In this document: positions 58,785-64,000 of the stretch, piece after piece | Layout of the letters: each line of letters opens with the position of its first letter | Position numbering within the stretch: the stretch's first letter is position 1 | Source of the DNA: Candidatus Atabeyarchaeum deiterrae | GTDB taxonomy: Archaea > Asgardarchaeota > Atabeyarchaeia > Atabeyarchaeales > Atabeyarchaeaceae | DNA: 64,000 bases | Reading direction: 5' to 3' | NCBI GenBank assembly: GCA_037310415.1 | Contig: CP147780.1 | Location: forward strand, 1,440,001-1,504,000 | The notes under the pieces: generated by a model | What the model saw: the letters and a program-made list of their open reading frames with translations, nothing else | Told to the model about the DNA's origin: nothing | Database searches by the model: none | Made by a program: the position numbers and the translations under genes

Positions 58785-59939
58785 ATGCAGTATCGAAGAT
58801 TCGGAAGGCTGGAATGGAAAGTTTCAGCCTTGGGATTCGGGTGCATGCGCTTGCCGACAAATGACAAGATTGGCACTAGTGGAAACGTGGACGAGAAAGA
58901 AGCGATACGAATGATACGGTACGCAATTGATCAGGGAGTCAACTACGTCGACACCGCCTACCCGTATCACGACGGGAATGGTGAGATTATCGTGGGAAAG
59001 GCATTGAAAGACGGATACAGGGAAAAAGTCAAACTCGCTACAAAGTCTCCCATCTGGACAATTCGTAAGGCGGAGGATTTCGATAACTACCTAAGCGAAC
59101 AATTGAAGAAACTGCAAACGGATCACATTGACTTCTATCTTTTCCATGGTTTAGAAAAGCAGAGGTGGAACACCGTTCTGAATCTCAACTTACTGCAGAA
59201 GGCGGAAACTGCCATCAAGGATGGCAGAATCAGAAACGTAGGATTCTCGTTTCACGACAAATATGAAACTTTCAAAGAAATAATAGACGGGTATAGCGGA
59301 TGGACTCTATGCCAAATACAGTACAACTACATGGACGCAGAAAACCAGGCAGGAACGAAGGGGCTGAGATACGCAGCTTCAAGAGGATTAGCCGTTGTGG
59401 TAATGGAGCCCATACGGGGTGGACGATTATCGAATCCGCCAACGTCAGTTCAAGGGATATTTGACAGTTACGAGAGAAGACGCTCTCCTTCCGATTGGGC
59501 TCTGCAGTGGGTGTGGAATCAACCAGAAGTATCAGTTGCGCTGAGCGGAATGAGTAAAATGGGACAGGTTGAAGAAAACATTCACTCAGCAAACATATCA
59601 AGCGTGAATTCTCTCGGAGCAAGAGATCTACAGATTGTCGAACGTGTTCAGAGAAAATACAGAGAAAGAACCGCAGTTCCATGCACAAAATGCGGTTATT
59701 GCATGCCCTGTCCAAACGGAGTAAACATACCAGGAAACTTCGAATTATACAACGACGGCATCATATATGACGATCTGAACATCGCTCGAATGAGATATAC
59801 AAGATTCTTCAGTCAAAAAGATCGCGCGAGTGCTTGCATTCAATGCAAAACATGTGAGGAGAAATGCCCTCAGAAAATACCAGTTAGCGAACTGATGCCC
59901 AAAGTGCATGCACTCCTCGGAGAGGTCAAATCAGACTGA
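58785..59939 (+). CDS. Aldo/keto reductase with C-terminal 4Fe-4S domain
   Basis: SALGFGCMRLP, YVDTAYPY, LATK, GFSFH, CTKCGYCMPCP and CIQCKTCEEKCPQ. Confidence 0.93.
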   Translation: MQYRRFGRLEWKVSALGFGCMRLPTNDKIGTSGNVDEKEAIRMIRYAIDQGVNYVDTAYPYHDGNGEIIVGKALKDGYREKVKLATKSPIWTIRKAEDFDNYLSEQLKKLQTDHIDFYLFHGLEKQRWNTVLNLNLLQKAETAIKDGRIRNVGFSFHDKYETFKEIIDGYSGWTLCQIQYNYMDAENQAGTKGLRYAASRGLAVVVMEPIRGGRLSNPPTSVQGIFDSYERRRSPSDWALQWVWNQPEVSVALSGMSKMGQVEENIHSANISSVNSLGARDLQIVERVQRKYRERTAVPCTKCGYCMPCPNGVNIPGNFELYNDGIIYDDLNIARMRYTRFFSQKDRASACIQCKTCEEKCPQKIPVSELMPKVHALLGEVKSD

Positions 59940-60034
59940 AGAATTGGAGATTGGGAGAACCTTTTTGCACAAGCAGATGAACAAACAAGAGGGGAAGTTG
60001 GGCCTGCTCGTTCCCCTGATACTCTTGTGTGCCA

Positions 60035-60442
60035 CTATTCCGTTGTTCGACCGTCGAATTCTTCTGGACTCGAAATCGCTTCTGCCTTAGTATGGCGCAC
60101 TATTTTGTCTTGGTGCTCAGGCGGCGAGTAAATCGTGTACAGTTTGAGTTCCGATTGCTTAGAAGCATTGACCACATTATGCTTGGCGCCAGCTGGGACG
60201 ATAACCCCGTCTCCGTCTTTGACTCGATGTTCAACGCCATCAATAATTACCTTTCCTTCTCCTCCCTCAAACCGAAAGAACTGATCGACAGATTTGTGCG
60301 TTTCCATTCCGATTTCTTCCCCCGGCTTCAGGCTCATGAGCACGAGTTGGCTGTACTTCCCCGTGTACAGCACACGGCGGAAATCGGCATTCTTCCTCGT
60401 CTCTTTTTCAAGAGTGGTAACATATCCTTTCAAATCTATCAC
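60035..60442 (-). CDS. Cupin-domain protein
   Basis: EIGMETH..VDQFF, VPAGAKHNV and LYTIYSPPEH. Confidence 0.92.
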   Translation of the reverse strand: MIDLKGYVTTLEKETRKNADFRRVLYTGKYSQLVLMSLKPGEEIGMETHKSVDQFFRFEGGEGKVIIDGVEHRVKDGDGVIVPAGAKHNVVNASKQSELKLYTIYSPPEHQDKIVRHTKAEAISSPEEFDGRTTE

Positions 60443-60738
60443 CTATTTTGCTCTGAGGTTCGAAGCTTAGCTTCCACAAGCAGCATTGTGCCGTCCACCC
60501 TTATTAAAACCTTTGAACTCCTTGCAAGTACAAGAGAGTAACGGTACAAAAGGAGTGCAATACGCGGCAGCATTTGAGTCTAGATCCCCGTCAGGTCTCA
60601 TTTTCGGTCGATCTTGGACGGGTTTAAGTAGTGGACTCCCTCCAGTTGTTCTAAACAAGGAAGAATGGGTCATGCCTTTCTTCAACTTGAAAGGAGACGC
60701 GAAAATGTTCTACAGCATGCGCTAATGGAGTTGATTCG

Positions 60739-62079
60739 ATGAATAGAGTTGCCGTAGAGAAGATTCTGCGAATGATAGGCATTGTAGGAATTCTGGTTTG
60801 TGGAATTGTGTTTCTTATTGTCATTATTCCTCTGGCTAGCATAGTCTCCTATGACATTATGCTACCCGCGATAATCATGGACGTATTGCTTGGGTTATTC
60901 GTAATAGTCACATTAATCCTAACTTTTTCGATGATTGCGTCCATCAAATCTCCAGCGCGCATTAAATCCCTAATTAGAACCAGAAGGAGGCATTCTCACC
61001 TAATACTGAACGCGTCTACAATTCTCTTCTTAATTATCGTTCCGTTTTGCGTAGTGACAGTTTCAAATGCCTACCAAGAACCTCACACCTATGTACCCCT
61101 TAGTGTCTTTGACCGAACCAACTGGGTTCATTTCAATGCAACCACTTGGCAACAGAGTCAAGGAAATGTTTTGAATGAGTTAGACTATCTCTGGGGGGAT
61201 AAACCCCAAGTCGTGCCTTTAAACCCGCAAATCCTCGAAGAAACACATTTGCAGGGGTATACACGTTTCAAAATGCAAATTGCTGTTGAAAACTCTGGGA
61301 TAATCCAATGGGACTTGGTGCCCTTTTACCTCTTGATTCCCGATATACCGCAAGCTAATCCCTGCCCAGTTGTGATTGTGCATCATCAGCATAATGGAAG
61401 GTATGAATTTGGAAAGATGGAGCCCTACGGCATAGCGGGAGACCCGCGACAGGCAATCGCTGTGGGCCTTGTTCAACGCGGATACATTGTCGCCTGTCCT
61501 GACGCTTTGTGTTTTGGTGAGCGCCAGGTGCCTTACGGTGAAGCATATACTGGGATGCTAATGTTCATGCTCAATCGCACGTTGAATTTCAAGTATGTCT
61601 GGGACATCAGTCGCCTCACAGATTACTTAGTGACACGTTCTGATGTTAATGCATCGCGCATCGGTATCATAGGTCATTCATTGGGAGGTCAAATGGCAGT
61701 ATGGTGTGCCGTCTATGACTCTCGGATAAAGGTAGTTCTTTCGAATTGCGGAATCGGAAAAATCAATGGAAGTAATTCAATTGTCGAAGAGGGGACTTTC
61801 CAGAATTATGCATTCTACTTACCAGGCATAGTGAAGTCAAATCTGAAAATGGAAGAGATAATTGGGCTCATTGGGAACCGATCGCTCTTTTTGTCAGCGG
61901 GAACGGAGGATTATGGCTTGCCGATTAACGGCGTGGCAGAAATTCATAATTGGCTTGAAGAGAAATATGCACACTATGATCATTCAGGGAACATCATCAC
62001 CTTGCGGTTTGTCGGCGGGCACATGCTTCCAACTGACGTAAAATTGAGAATGTATGATTTCTTGGATCAGCATTTGTGA
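60739..62079 (+). CDS. Membrane-anchored alpha/beta hydrolase (acetylxylan-esterase/dienelactone-hydrolase-like)
   Basis: Three N-terminal TMs; GHSLGG nucleophile, GTED and GGH. Confidence 0.85.
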   Translation: MNRVAVEKILRMIGIVGILVCGIVFLIVIIPLASIVSYDIMLPAIIMDVLLGLFVIVTLILTFSMIASIKSPARIKSLIRTRRRHSHLILNASTILFLIIVPFCVVTVSNAYQEPHTYVPLSVFDRTNWVHFNATTWQQSQGNVLNELDYLWGDKPQVVPLNPQILEETHLQGYTRFKMQIAVENSGIIQWDLVPFYLLIPDIPQANPCPVVIVHHQHNGRYEFGKMEPYGIAGDPRQAIAVGLVQRGYIVACPDALCFGERQVPYGEAYTGMLMFMLNRTLNFKYVWDISRLTDYLVTRSDVNASRIGIIGHSLGGQMAVWCAVYDSRIKVVLSNCGIGKINGSNSIVEEGTFQNYAFYLPGIVKSNLKMEEIIGLIGNRSLFLSAGTEDYGLPINGVAEIHNWLEEKYAHYDHSGNIITLRFVGGHMLPTDVKLRMYDFLDQHL

Positions 62080-62120
62080 ATTGTTCGGCTAGTCTCAGGT
62101 AAAGGGCTGGATCTTGAAAA

Positions 62121-62486
62121 ATGAAAATAAGTGATTTCTTAACTATATTGAAAATAACATTGAGTATGCTCATAATCGTCTTGGCGATTCTCTTAGGCGA
62201 TGCATTTCAGCGCTTAATGAGCATCAGCTGTCAAGCAGGATATACGTTTGAGGTTCCAATTTGCAGTCAGATGAGCAACTTGGGCACCTTTTTGTTGGTT
62301 TCGATGCTTCTTCTGATTGCAAGTTGGGGTATATTCAGCAGTATTCTTCCGAGATTTGGGAAAAGCGAATTAGCGAGAAAGAGAGAACTGCGAATTATCA
62401 TTTTTCTTAGCCTCCTAATTCTATTGATTGGAATTGCAATTGTTGGCAATTATTTTGTTCAAAGAATCGATCGGATGTTCTTTTAG
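62121..62486 (+). CDS. Hypothetical 3-TM membrane protein
   Basis: Three hydrophobic segments. Confidence 0.7.
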   Translation: MKISDFLTILKITLSMLIIVLAILLGDAFQRLMSISCQAGYTFEVPICSQMSNLGTFLLVSMLLLIASWGIFSSILPRFGKSELARKRELRIIIFLSLLILLIGIAIVGNYFVQRIDRMFF

Positions 62487-62630
62487 TACGAAAAGAACTT
62501 TTCTCTTGATTAAGCATTCAACCTGAAGTTCCTTGAGCGTGTAGGATTGGTTTCATTGTCACAATCTGATATCTGGGTCTTGGGTCAAAAGAAGGAAAGT
62601 GCAGGCAAAGAAGGATGTTCCTCCGTTGCC

Positions 62631-64000
62631 CTAGAGTTTTAGTCCTGCTGCAACGCGCTTGCCAAACTCGGCGTCGGCTTTTGTAAGGTTTGCAACCATG
62701 CGTTGTTGAATCTGCTTGGTCGCTTTTCCAAGAGGATCAACTATGTTGTCAACAAGATGGTCTTGTTCTACTTTGCTCAGTGAATGGTAGCGTTCGCCTG
62801 CTTGCTGGAAGTCGTTGGCGAGGCTGATCTTCTTGCGCACCATGTCGCCTTCTAGATGGGGGTGACTCACGATGATGCTCGGTGTTTCATGTGGCATTCC
62901 ATCCGCCAATGTATTTGGTTCGTAGTTAACCGTTCCTCCGCCGTATGGTGCATATTGCATGAAGCCGTCACGCTGGTTGTTGTCAACTGGTACTTTCGGT
63001 TGGTTTATTGGAATCTGTAAGTAGTTTGGGCCGAGCCTGTGTCGTTGTGTGTCCGCATAGCTGAAGATTCTACCTTGCAGGAGTTTATCAGCAGAGAGCT
63101 CTATTCCTGGCACGATTGAGGCGGGGCAGAAGGCAGCTTGCTCTGTTTCGGCGAAGAAGTTTTCTGGGTTGCGGTCCAGCACCATCTTGCCTACTGGCAT
63201 CAGCGGGAACTTGGTCTCAGGCCACGTCTTCGTAGGGTCAAGCGGGTCGAACTCCTGCTTCAATTCGTCAGCAATCTCCATGATTTGAACGTTCAATTCG
63301 TATTCTACAGTCTTGCCCGATGCGATTGTGTCATGCAGGTCTCGGGTTGCGACGTCCGGGTCTTCACCGGCGAGGCGGGTTGATTCGTGGCGGTCGATTG
63401 TTTCTATTCCTGCCATTGGCTTCCAATGATACTTGATATAGACGGTTTTGCCTTCCGCGTTCACCCACTTGTAGGTGTTCACACCGAATCCTTCCATTTT
63501 TCTGTAGCTCTTGACTGTTCCTCGATCGGAGAATAGCCAAGTTATCATGTGGGTCGACTCAGGTGTCAACGAGATGAAATCCCAGAAACGACTGTTCGCT
63601 GACGAGCTAGTGGGTATGCCTGTGTCAGGCGCAGGTTTAAAGGCATGCACCATGTCAGGGAACTTGATAGCGTCTCGAATGAAGAACACTGGCAGATTAT
63701 TGCCTACCAGATCGTAGTTCCCGTCTTCGGTGTAGAACTTCGTCGCAAAACCCCTAGGATCGCGTGCCGAATCAGCCGATCCTCGGGAGCCTACTACAGT
63801 GGAGAAACGGACGAAAACCGGTGTTTTCTTCTTCGGGTCCTGAAGGAATTTCGCGCAGGTGTACTTCGCCATACTCTTATAGACTTGGAAGTAGCCGTGG
63901 GCACCGGCGCCCTTGGCGTGCACTACACGCTCTGGAATGCGCTCACGGTCGAAGTGAGCGAGTTTCTCAATGAGGTGCACATCTTGTAGTAGAACGGGAC
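62631..64000 (-). CDS. katA: Monofunctional small-subunit heme catalase; 5'-partial
   Basis: FDRERIPERVVHAKG, VRFSTV, DLVGNN and LQGRIFSYADTQRHRLG. Confidence 0.95.
   Translation of the reverse strand, partial: PVLLQDVHLIEKLAHFDRERIPERVVHAKGAGAHGYFQVYKSMAKYTCAKFLQDPKKKTPVFVRFSTVVGSRGSADSARDPRGFATKFYTEDGNYDLVGNNLPVFFIRDAIKFPDMVHAFKPAPDTGIPTSSSANSRFWDFISLTPESTHMITWLFSDRGTVKSYRKMEGFGVNTYKWVNAEGKTVYIKYHWKPMAGIETIDRHESTRLAGEDPDVATRDLHDTIASGKTVEYELNVQIMEIADELKQEFDPLDPTKTWPETKFPLMPVGKMVLDRNPENFFAETEQAAFCPASIVPGIELSADKLLQGRIFSYADTQRHRLGPNYLQIPINQPKVPVDNNQRDGFMQYAPYGGGTVNYEPNTLADGMPHETPSIIVSHPHLEGDMVRKKISLANDFQQAGERYHSLSKVEQDHLVDNIVDPLGKATKQIQQRMVANLTKADAEFGKRVAAGLKL

Noticed and set aside
60029-60541. 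170-aa plus-strand ORF and the many other antisense or overlapping ORFs in the track
   Set aside because: Shadows of well-supported genes on the opposite strand or frame, with no motifs.

Overview
Archaeal chromosomal segment of about 50 CDS. An Asgard affiliation is my inference from the two large Ig-like C-terminally anchored surface proteins and the first ORF; it is not verified. Most genes serve housekeeping and fermentative metabolism (AOR, thiolase, acyl-CoA dehydrogenase, 4-hydroxybutyryl-CoA dehydratase, Kbl/Tdh, Adk, PfkB), DNA repair (UvrC, YcaQ/AlkZ-like), transport (two P-type ATPases) and oxidative stress (catalase). I saw no rRNA, tRNA or CRISPR array. Two tnpB-only IS200/IS605 elements have ends that can be placed to the base using the IS608 guide/cleavage-site pairing rule, predicting target motifs TCAC and TTAT; one appears to sit in the TATA box of the abfD promoter. 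The most unusual observations are three. (i) A P2-like P-type ATPase has the TM4 ion-binding motif PINIP instead of PEGLP, resembling eukaryotic P4 flippase PISL. (ii) A GH1-fold protein has both catalytic Glu replaced by Asp and a rewritten sugar-binding site. (iii) A soluble triple CDF-dimerisation-domain protein lies upstream of an mgtA whose conserved N-terminus has no in-frame start codon. All family calls come from motif recognition by eye; no database searches were run.
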